From sequence record DRR723986_6279: DNA of 64,000 nt; one strand, written 5' to 3'. Position 1 is the stretch's first letter, and each line of letters opens with the position of its first letter. Positions 20,124 to 27,373 of this stretch are shown one piece after another. Position numbers and translations under genes: made by a program. The notes under the pieces were generated by a model. It saw only the letters and a list, made by a program, of their open reading frames with translations. It was not told the origin of the DNA and searched no databases.

Positions 20124-20688
20124 TTACTAACTCTTTTGTAAGCTCATTCAACGTTTCTAATTTTCTCTCAAACCCTCCATTTAATTTTAATCTTAAAGAT
20201 TGAAGTTCACCGATCACCTCATCTAACGAATCGGGCAACTCGGCTTCAAAAAACTGTCTTAATCTTTTCGCTAGAACAGGCGACTTTCCGTTTGTGGATA
20301 TAGCCAATTTCAAATCTCCTTTCGTAACAATTCCGCCTAAATAAAAATCACATAAAGCTGATTTATCAGCCACATTGAGCGGAATACTTTTTGAATTTGC
20401 CAGATACTTAATGTGATCGTTTAATTCGGGATTATTAGTTGCGGCAATCACCAAGTGTTTCTCATTCAAATCAGTATCCCTGAAAGACCGAACTGACAAT
20501 TTAACATTAGCAGCAGCATCAGCGATTTTTCTAACTTCAACACTCACCTTCTCAGCAATCAAATGTAACTGTGCTTTAGGGGAAGATTTCAGTAAAAAGT
20601 GTAATTTCTCTTCAGCAATCTCACCTCCTCCGATTAGTAAAATCTTTACTTGATCAGCTTTTATGAATATGGGAAATAGTTCGTTCAT
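20110..20688 (-). CDS. Precorrin-2 dehydrogenase / sirohydrochlorin ferrochelatase (CysG N-terminal type)
   Basis: LFPIF, IGGGEIA, NVAD...CDFY, AISTNGKSP; start moved to MNELFPIF because the upstream part lies in a repeat. Confidence 0.88.
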   Translation of the reverse strand: MNELFPIFIKADQVKILLIGGGEIAEEKLHFLLKSSPKAQLHLIAEKVSVEVRKIADAAANVKLSVRSFRDTDLNEKHLVIAATNNPELNDHIKYLANSKSIPLNVADKSALCDFYLGGIVTKGDLKLAISTNGKSPVLAKRLRQFFEAELPDSLDEVIGELQSLRLKLNGGFERKLETLNELTKELVNGNS

Positions 20689-20693
20689 TTCAT

Positions 20694-20762
20694 TAGATTT
20701 TAGATGGTCTATGTTCTCGATACATTCTTTCATTTCATTCCAGAACACTCGAACAAACCATC
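20694..20762. repeat. Intergenic imperfect hairpin / REP-like element
   Basis: TAGATTTTAGATGGT...TGTTCTCGA...TCGAACAAACCATC. Confidence 0.55.
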
Positions 20763-20773
20763 TTGTGTCTACT

Positions 20774-21529
20774 TTAATTCAAATAGGATGCGGTTTGATT
20801 CACAATTTCTTGTTCTGATGTTTGGTTCAGCACTTCGCCTACAACAATAATTGCTGGAGCTGCGACCTCAGACTGTTCTGCCAAATAAGTGATCGTACTT
20901 ATGTTTCCACGCACCAGTTTTTGATCTGGTCGAGAACCATTTTGAATAATGAGTACGGGTAATTCATACCTCCCATACCCTTTGAATACATCAACAATCT
21001 GCGGCAGTTTTCGAACGCCCATTAATATGACTACAGTTGAATTAGATTGAGCCGCCAAGACGATATCGTTGTTGAATCCGTCTCCAACTTTTGAAGCAGT
21101 TAAGACCCAGAACCCATCTGAAATTCCTCTTTGAGTAAGTGAAATATTATTGATAGCAGTTAATCCTGTAGATGAAGAAATTCCAGGAACAACTTCTGTT
21201 TCTAAACCATTTTTTTCGGCAAAAGCGATTTCTTCATAACCTCTTCCGAAAATAAATGGATCTCCTCCTTTTAATCGAACCACCTCACCATAAATCAATG
21301 CATAAGAAACGATAAGTTGATTGATTTTTTCTTGAGAAAATGAAGGCTTACCCCCTCTTTTGCCCACAAAAATTTTGATGGCATTTGGTTTAATGAAGTC
21401 CAAAATATCTGAGCTCACCAAGGCATCATACAGCACTACATTTGCTCTTTGTAAAACCTTTATTCCTTTAAATGTGATGAGGTCTTTATCACCCGGACCC
21501 GCACCTACTAATGTTAATTTACTTTTCAT
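20774..21529 (-). CDS. cobA: Uroporphyrinogen-III C-methyltransferase
   Basis: LVGAGPGD, VVRLKGGDPFIFGRG, VVPGISS. Confidence 0.93.
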   Translation of the reverse strand: MKSKLTLVGAGPGDKDLITFKGIKVLQRANVVLYDALVSSDILDFIKPNAIKIFVGKRGGKPSFSQEKINQLIVSYALIYGEVVRLKGGDPFIFGRGYEEIAFAEKNGLETEVVPGISSSTGLTAINNISLTQRGISDGFWVLTASKVGDGFNNDIVLAAQSNSTVVILMGVRKLPQIVDVFKGYGRYELPVLIIQNGSRPDQKLVRGNISTITYLAEQSEVAAPAIIVVGEVLNQTSEQEIVNQTASYLN

Positions 21530-23597
21530 CTTTAATATTTTTAATCAGTTCATCAATAGCCAGGTGAAACTGCTCAGCTTGCTGCACAAATTCTCTAGCG
21601 AACTTTTTGTTTATATCTGTTTCTTTTTCGTTCAATAATTCTTTAAAACTTGAAGCCAAAAACTTGCTTTTAATCAATGGATAATACGCTTCAAAGGCCT
21701 CTGAAATCTGATGTTTAGAATTGGTTTTTTGACCGTTCTTCACCAAGAAAGATTTAGCAGATTGGATAAGTGAGGAGTAAGCAGTATAAACAGCATCTCG
21801 ATACTTCCCTTGCTCAATGAAATATTGTGCTTCTTCTACTTTCTCATAAGCTTCGTATAAGAGTGTGGTAACCAAATCTATTTTAACTCCCGCACATTCT
21901 CCAATTCCGATTTCTGGTTTGAATTTTTCTGATGCCCCCCAATCCAACAATTCATCTTCATTCGATAATTCTACATCTGCGACATCCTTCAATAAGTCAT
22001 AGAAATAGATCTTTTCTCTTCTCAAATAATACGTATTGAACTTATCATCATTAGTTCTATTTTTTAGATAATCATCTAAAACAATAGTGATTACACTCAA
22101 CACCCTTTTTGAGGGAACTTTAATTACTTTATCTCCAAATCTCGATTCACCATTTCCGTAATTTGCACCTCCCAATAATACTTGAAGTGCCGGATAGGTT
22201 AAACCATCTTTTTTAATGGTTGATCCATGAAATCCGATATCTGAAACTGAATGCTGTCCACATGAATTCATGCAGCCACTCATTTTTATATTGATGTCTC
22301 CTTCAAGAATAAGCGATTCATATTTTGAGTACAACAGTTGCTCAATTTCAGATGCCGCTATATAAGTACCTGTTATCCCTAAATTACACGTGTCGGTTCC
22401 TGGGCATGCTGTGATATCTGTAATGGCGTTTGCTCCGAAATCTGCATATCCCAAGTTTGATAATCTGTTATAAAGATTGGCCAAGTATTGTTCAGGGATA
22501 AATCGAATCAAAATGTTTTGCTCAATGGTGATTCGAGCAGCATCACTAGAATAAGTAGAAACAATTTCTGCTAAAATTCTAGCTTCATCTGAGGAGATAT
22601 TCCCATTTCTGATCTTCACAATTACTGCAACAAATCCTTTTTGCTTTTGGCTCAAAACATTCGTTTGCTTCCATTTATCAAAAGCTTCAAAATCTGTAAC
22701 TCCTTCAATCGCCTCATCAGTAATATTGTTCAAGTAAGTTGGAGTAGACACCAGCTCAAAATCATTTCGAACAATGCTAAACTCATCTTCAATTTTTGAG
22801 ATAATAGCTTCTGCCCCTTCTGATTGAATTAAAAATTTAAACCTTGCTTTGTTCCGCTTATTACGCTCTCCGAATTTGTCAAACACGCGAACAATTGCTT
22901 CTGCATAGGCGATCAAATGGTTCTCTAATAAAAACTCTTTTAAGACAATTGCTTGATGTGGCTGAGCACCCAATCCGCCTCCAAGCAACAACTTGAATCC
23001 TTTTTGTCCATCCTTTATTTTTGGAATCACGCCCAAATCATGCATGTATCCTCTTCCTAAATCTTTATCAGATGCTGATAAGGAAATTTTGAACTTTCTT
23101 CCCATCTCTCCACCAACTGGGTTTCTCAAGAAAAATTCAAACAATGACCAACCATAAGGCGTGACATCAAAAGGTTCGTCTTTATCAATTCCGGCATAAG
23201 GACTCGCAGTGATGTTACGAACCGTATTTCCACATGCTTCACGTAAGGTGATTTCGTCTTCTTCTAGTTCTGCCCATAATTGCGGGGTATCATCTAAGCT
23301 CACATAATGAACTTGAATATCTTGACGAGTTGTTAAGTGCAGATTACCATTTGAATAAGTATCCGAAACCTTTGCGATACGTTTCAATTGCTGAGGCGTT
23401 ATAATTCCTAACGGCAATTTGATTCTAACCATTTGCACGCCTTGTTGCCTTTGGCCGTATACGCCTCTAGCCAACCTGAGTGAGCGAAATGAATCTTCAT
23501 CTATTCTACCTTCTTTGAATAATCTTATTTTTTTCTCCAGGTCGATTATGTCTTTTTCAACTACTGGATTTTCTAATTCTGTTCTAAAACTTTGCAT
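21519..23597 (-). CDS. Siroheme/4Fe-4S nitrite/sulfite reductase (probably ferredoxin-dependent sulfite reductase) with C-terminal HEPN-like domain
   Basis: TTRQDIQ, RKFK, ACPGTDTC, SGCMNSCGQH; start moved to MQSFRTE because the TTG start lies in a terminator. Confidence 0.9.
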   Translation of the reverse strand: MQSFRTELENPVVEKDIIDLEKKIRLFKEGRIDEDSFRSLRLARGVYGQRQQGVQMVRIKLPLGIITPQQLKRIAKVSDTYSNGNLHLTTRQDIQVHYVSLDDTPQLWAELEEDEITLREACGNTVRNITASPYAGIDKDEPFDVTPYGWSLFEFFLRNPVGGEMGRKFKISLSASDKDLGRGYMHDLGVIPKIKDGQKGFKLLLGGGLGAQPHQAIVLKEFLLENHLIAYAEAIVRVFDKFGERNKRNKARFKFLIQSEGAEAIISKIEDEFSIVRNDFELVSTPTYLNNITDEAIEGVTDFEAFDKWKQTNVLSQKQKGFVAVIVKIRNGNISSDEARILAEIVSTYSSDAARITIEQNILIRFIPEQYLANLYNRLSNLGYADFGANAITDITACPGTDTCNLGITGTYIAASEIEQLLYSKYESLILEGDINIKMSGCMNSCGQHSVSDIGFHGSTIKKDGLTYPALQVLLGGANYGNGESRFGDKVIKVPSKRVLSVITIVLDDYLKNRTNDDKFNTYYLRREKIYFYDLLKDVADVELSNEDELLDWGASEKFKPEIGIGECAGVKIDLVTTLLYEAYEKVEEAQYFIEQGKYRDAVYTAYSSLIQSAKSFLVKNGQKTNSKHQISEAFEAYYPLIKSKFLASSFKELLNEKETDINKKFAREFVQQAEQFHLAIDELIKNIKDEK

Positions 23598-23609
23598 AAT
23601 AATTTCAAT

Positions 23610-23644
23610 AAAAAAAGCCCTGACAAGCAATGCTCATCAGGGCT
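23610..23644 (-). terminator. Intrinsic terminator of attenuator unit 2
   Basis: AGCCCUGAUGAGC-AUU-GCUUGUCAGGGCU plus U-tract, ending about 12 nt before the reductase ATG. Confidence 0.85.
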
Positions 23645-23670
23645 GATATATAAGTAAACCAATAAATAGG

Positions 23671-23748
23671 TCAATATCTTTTCCGTCCAAGCTTTTTTAA
23701 GCGGATACACATCATGCAACAGCACATATTTTTAGTTCTCATCTTCAT
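23671..23748 (-). CDS. Putative Cys/Met-rich leader peptide 2 (25 aa)
   Basis: MKMRTKNMCCCMMCIRLKKLGRKRY; seven consecutive Cys/Met codons; A-rich sequence before ATG. Confidence 0.8.
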   Translation of the reverse strand: MKMRTKNMCCCMMCIRLKKLGRKRY

Positions 23749-23803
23749 TTTTTTCTTCTTTGGCGATTTGGTGTCATCCAGACTATCGCGATACTTTTTT
23801 ATC

Positions 23804-23835
23804 CTCCCCCCTTTATTCCCTCTCCAAAGGGGGAG
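23804..23835. repeat. GC-rich REP-like hairpin between the two attenuator units
   Basis: CTCCCCCCTTT-ATTCCCTCTCC-AAAGGGGGAG. Confidence 0.5.
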
Positions 23836-23839
23836 AAAT

Positions 23840-23873
23840 AAAAAAAGCCCTTCGTTAACGAAAGGCTTTTTTT
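23840..23873 (-). terminator. Intrinsic terminator of attenuator unit 1
   Basis: AGCCUUUCG-UUAA-CGAAGGGCU plus U-tract, preceded by an A-tract. Confidence 0.85.
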
Positions 23874-23900
23874 AGAGTATTATATATGGATATAGTTCTA

Positions 23901-23960
23901 TCAGCCCTTCCTTTCGGAACAGTTCATACAACACATCATATTTTTAGCAGTAATTTTCAT
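23901..23960 (-). CDS. Putative Cys/Met-rich leader peptide 1 (19 aa)
   Basis: MKITAKNMMCCMNCSERKG; six of codons 8-14 are Cys/Met; 3' end complementary to the terminator 5' arm. Confidence 0.8.
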   Translation of the reverse strand: MKITAKNMMCCMNCSERKG

Positions 23961-23969
23961 TTCTGAGGC

Positions 23970-24000
23970 CAAAGGTAAATTAAAATTTTTAATCTCCAAA
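23970..24000 (-). promoter_or_regulatory. Bacteroidota housekeeping promoter of the sulfur cluster
   Basis: TTTG (24000-23997), 19 nt, TACCTTTG (23977-23970); fits the TTTG-N19..21-TAnnTTTG consensus. Confidence 0.8.
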
Positions 24001-24007
24001 TTTTTAT

Positions 24008-24024
24008 TCTACTTATTTGGTAGA
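24008..24024. promoter_or_regulatory. Candidate palindromic operator
   Basis: TCTAC-TTATTTG-GTAGA just upstream of the -33 box. Confidence 0.4.
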
Positions 24025-24176
24025 TTTTATATTTTAATCAATTTTTGTGAGCAACATGACTAAATAAAATTGCACCATAATGTAGATGATCGATACGCTT
24101 TTGGGCTTAGTTTTTTTTGAAATTTCGAGTTTATTAATTTCCAGAAGTTTATCTTTGTCCTCAATAGCCCAAGACT

Positions 24177-24842
24177 ATGAGATTTCTAATTACATGTCTA
24201 TTAATGACTAATTCCATTCTAGGATTTAGCCAAACTGACCCCAAAGACAACGACAATTTTTATAGACGCAGAATAATTGTAGGAGGTGGAATTAATTTCT
24301 CCATGGTCGAAAGTTATGCTGGGGCTGGCATAGATGCTTTCATTGGAATTCGGTTAAATCATGGAAAACAAATAGTAGGAGTTGGTGTAGAATCCATATT
24401 CGCTCTTAACAAGAAATCTATTCCAGTTAATACTCAAGAATTCTTCACAAATGATACTATCCCGTCATTTATTAATTATTCACTCTACAGTTTCCCATAT
24501 CGTTTAGAAATTTATCATTACTTAACCGACCCTCTCAATCGAAAAACAACTCTTTCTGTCGGTTTTAGAATTGGCCCTGCAATACATCTGACAAATTTCA
24601 ATATACCCCAAAGAACAATCGGTCCTAAACCATCAGACAGCGGGTTCCCGCTATATGGTTTGAACTCTGCAATAGCAATACGTGGTGAATATGCATTCAA
24701 AAATAAATATCTATACCTTGAACTAAATAGTGGATATCACTATATTAATAAGGGCGTATACGCTGTGAATAAAAATCATGCTTTCAGCTCAAGCATTAAA
24801 ATTGGCTTAGCTGGAAACTTTGGACCAAAACTTAAAAATTAA
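24177..24842 (+). CDS. Hypothetical outer-membrane beta-barrel-like protein
   Basis: Signal peptide, Gly/aromatic amphipathic strands; TATCTTTG promoter box upstream. Confidence 0.55.
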   Translation: MRFLITCLLMTNSILGFSQTDPKDNDNFYRRRIIVGGGINFSMVESYAGAGIDAFIGIRLNHGKQIVGVGVESIFALNKKSIPVNTQEFFTNDTIPSFINYSLYSFPYRLEIYHYLTDPLNRKTTLSVGFRIGPAIHLTNFNIPQRTIGPKPSDSGFPLYGLNSAIAIRGEYAFKNKYLYLELNSGYHYINKGVYAVNKNHAFSSSIKIGLAGNFGPKLKN

Positions 24843-24844
24843 CT

Positions 24845-25237
24845 ATGAGAAATTCAAAAATTTATTTATTCGGTATAATTCTGGGTTTAACATTTTCATG
24901 TACCAAGAAACCAGAAGCATGTATCGTTGAAAAAGATATAACTGCAGCAAAAGGTGACACTATAAGATTCACTAGTTGTAGTGTTAATGCAAGCACTTAT
25001 TTATGGAAAGTGAATGATAATTTTTTAAATCGTTTTGACGATCCGTTTTTTGGAGATCATTTTGTTGTGGATGGGGGTTACGGCTGTGAGGATTGGATTG
25101 AACTGTCCTTTTTTAATGCCGGAACATATGAGATTAATTTAAATAATCCCGTCTTGAAAGAAGGAACCTGTTCTTCATCTCAAAAATCTTGGAGCAGAGA
25201 AGACAAGACGAGTGTCACTGTTAATATTACCGAATAG
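24845..25237 (+). CDS. Hypothetical lipoprotein (PKD-like)
   Basis: Lipobox TFSC; IRFTSCSVNASTYLW. Confidence 0.6.
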   Translation: MRNSKIYLFGIILGLTFSCTKKPEACIVEKDITAAKGDTIRFTSCSVNASTYLWKVNDNFLNRFDDPFFGDHFVVDGGYGCEDWIELSFFNAGTYEINLNNPVLKEGTCSSSQKSWSREDKTSVTVNITE

Positions 25238-25302
25238 TCTTCCAGTATCCAAAATCTAGCAAACTTAAAGTCTTAATTTAGTTTTGACTTCTTGAAAATG
25301 TT

Positions 25303-25338
25303 ATGCCCTGTCTGATATCGACAGGGCATTTATTTTTT
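25303..25338 (+). terminator. Intrinsic terminator
   Basis: ATGCCCTGTC-TGATATC-GACAGGGCAT plus T-rich tail. Confidence 0.7.
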
Positions 25339-25412
25339 ATGGATTTAACTAGAATAAATATAATGCAACCTTTTCAATGCCCTTCACATCAGAATAAAAA
25401 CATATATAAACA

Positions 25413-25799
25413 ATGAAGAATAAAATTATTATTATCGGCATTTCACTCATCACATTAGTGTCGTGTAACAAAGAAGAAGTCAGACCAGATCAACAAGATT
25501 TACAAATTAGATTTGAGAACATTGGAGATTCTAAAATTAAAAATTTCAAGTTTGAAGGGAAAAGGATTGGAAATATCCAGCGGAACTCAGTAACCAGATA
25601 TTATTCATTTGATCAAATTCAACATTATGACAATTATATTCAAGCTGAAGCAAGTGTGAACTCGGACTATGGGACAGTGGAACATTGGAATAATAATACG
25701 ACTGAAGGATTAAAAACAATTTCATCCGGAAAACATACTATACAACTCTCTTTAATGTATGGTTGTGGAGTTGGATTTATGCTTCAATTGAAAAAATAG
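25413..25799 (+). CDS. Hypothetical lipoprotein
   Basis: Lipobox LVSC followed by NKEE. Confidence 0.65.
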   Translation: MKNKIIIIGISLITLVSCNKEEVRPDQQDLQIRFENIGDSKIKNFKFEGKRIGNIQRNSVTRYYSFDQIQHYDNYIQAEASVNSDYGTVEHWNNNTTEGLKTISSGKHTIQLSLMYGCGVGFMLQLKK

Positions 25800-25823
25800 G
25801 CCCAAAAATTTTTATTTTCAGCT

Positions 25824-25854
25824 AAAGTCTTCTCAATTCGAGAGGACTTTTTTT
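25824..25854 (+). terminator. Intrinsic terminator
   Basis: AAAGTCTTCTC-AATTC-GAGAGGACTTT plus T-tract. Confidence 0.75.
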
Positions 25855-25890
25855 GTTTTCGGGAATCAATTTTTCTTAATTTTAAACCCC

Positions 25891-25924
25891 TGACACATTC
25901 TGTCACAGCCCTGAGTTACTTTTG
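25891..25924 (+). promoter_or_regulatory. TGACA-N5-TGTCA palindrome with downstream -7 box
   Basis: TGACAcattcTGTCA at 25891-25905; TACTTTTG at 25917-25924. Confidence 0.6.
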
Positions 25925-25949
25925 GCTCATAACTTAAAAATTTAAAACA

Positions 25950-26321
25950 ATGAGAAATGCAATTAGTTGGTTTGAAATAGCCGTAACAGACATGGACAGA
26001 GCTGTAAAATTTTATAGCGAAATGTTGGACTGTGAAATTCAAAGAATGGATATGGACAACATGAAGTATGCAATGTTTCCTTATGATGAAAAAGGCGGAG
26101 GAGTTGGTGGAGGTCTTGTAGAGATGGAAGGATTTAAACCATCTTTAGAAGGACCAACTCTTTACTTAAATGGTGGCGACAATTTGAGTGTCCCTTTAGC
26201 TAGAGTTGAAGCTGCAGGTGGAGAAATCATGATGCCAAAAACAGATATTGGTGAAAACGGCTTTATGGCAGTTTTCAAAGATACAGAAGGCAATAGAATA
26301 GCGCTACATTCATTTGAATAA
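25950..26321 (+). CDS. VOC (glyoxalase/bleomycin resistance) family protein
   Basis: WFEIAVTDMDRAVKFY ... FKDTEGNRIALHS. Confidence 0.9.
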   Translation: MRNAISWFEIAVTDMDRAVKFYSEMLDCEIQRMDMDNMKYAMFPYDEKGGGVGGGLVEMEGFKPSLEGPTLYLNGGDNLSVPLARVEAAGGEIMMPKTDIGENGFMAVFKDTEGNRIALHSFE

Positions 26322-26356
26322 ATTATTGGGGGATGGTTTTGGCCATCCCCATTTTT

Positions 26357-27079
26357 ATGAACCAACTTCCAAGACTTATATCAATTCTGACGCTTTTAAA
26401 ATCTAAAAGAGTCATCACCTCAACTGAATTATCCGAAAAGTTTGATGTGAGTGTCAGGACCATATACAGGGACATTCGAAAACTAGAAGAGGCCGGAGTT
26501 CCTGTTATTACCATTGAGGGTGTTGGTTATAGTTTAATGGATGGATACACCGTTGCGCCTGTTCAGTTTTCAGAAAAAGAAGCGAACGCCTTAATTACGG
26601 CTCATCAAATTGTTAAGGGCAGCAAAGACGAGTCTCTGCTATCTGATTTAGAAGAGGCAATGGTAAAAATTAAATCGGTATTCAGATCGTCCATTCTTGA
26701 AAAAAGTGAAGCCCTCAGTAAACAAATTCACATTTTTGATACGACCAGAGAGAATATCAATAGCAATGCGCTTTCTGAAATTCAATTGGCCATAACTAAT
26801 TTGAGTTATATAGAAATTAATTACCGTAAAGCAGACGATCCCAACATATCTTTCAGAAAAATTGAGCCCTACGCAATTTTATCGACTAATCAGAAATGGA
26901 TTTTAATGGCTTGGTGTCATTTACGTAATGAGTATAGGGCTTTTAGAGTGGATAGAATTCAACACTTTAAAATTTTACAAGATAAATTCGAAGATCGAAA
27001 ATTTAATCTACAAGCCTATTTTGAAGAGGAACGAAAACGTTATCGCGAAAAGTTTGGGGATGACCCTAATTGCTACTAG
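26357..27079 (+). CDS. YafY-family HTH-WYL transcriptional regulator
   Basis: VSVRTIYRDI HTH; WILMAWCHLRNEYRAFRVDRI; start moved to MNQLPRL. Confidence 0.92.
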   Translation: MNQLPRLISILTLLKSKRVITSTELSEKFDVSVRTIYRDIRKLEEAGVPVITIEGVGYSLMDGYTVAPVQFSEKEANALITAHQIVKGSKDESLLSDLEEAMVKIKSVFRSSILEKSEALSKQIHIFDTTRENINSNALSEIQLAITNLSYIEINYRKADDPNISFRKIEPYAILSTNQKWILMAWCHLRNEYRAFRVDRIQHFKILQDKFEDRKFNLQAYFEEERKRYREKFGDDPNCY

Positions 27080-27148
27080 ACTTTTTTACCGACCAGTTTC
27101 AATTTTAGTAACTTAAAATGGTATCTGAAATAATTAACGAAGCACATC

Positions 27149-27373
27149 TTAAACTGAAACTACCCCTTTCACTTCAGGAATCGCATTCATAATAGACTCT
27201 TCAATTCCTGCTTTTAGTGTTGACGCTTGCATAGAACAAGTTTCACATGCTCCAACCAATCTCACACTTACGATATCGTTTTCAACTGAAACGAATTCAA
27301 CATCTCCTCCGTCTCTCTGTAAAAACGGTCGAATTGAGTTTAAAGCAATCTCTATCTTTTCTTGTTGAATCAT
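27149..27373 (-). CDS. NifU/Nfu-domain Fe-S scaffold protein
   Basis: IRPFLQRDGGDV, GACETC. Confidence 0.92.
   Translation of the reverse strand: MIQQEKIEIALNSIRPFLQRDGGDVEFVSVENDIVSVRLVGACETCSMQASTLKAGIEESIMNAIPEVKGVVSV

Noticed and set aside
23598-23630. N-terminal extensions in the ORF track (also at 20748, 28506, 10685, 54133, 54024, 26333)
   Set aside because: They run through terminators, repeats or divergent genes; downstream ATGs match the expected family N-termini
23671-23960. Cys-rich peptides as RiPP precursors or metallothioneins
   Set aside because: No modification or export genes; position between promoter and operon, paired terminators and antiterminator complementarity favour attenuation (not formally excluded)
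23598-23970. SAM or T-box riboswitch in the sulfur operon leader
   Set aside because: No recognisable SAM-I/SAM-II core or T-box motif by eye; leader peptides plus terminators explain the region. An Rfam scan would settle it
26357-27079. WYL protein as marker of a defence island
   Set aside because: YafY-type regulator paired with a VOC gene; no defence genes nearby
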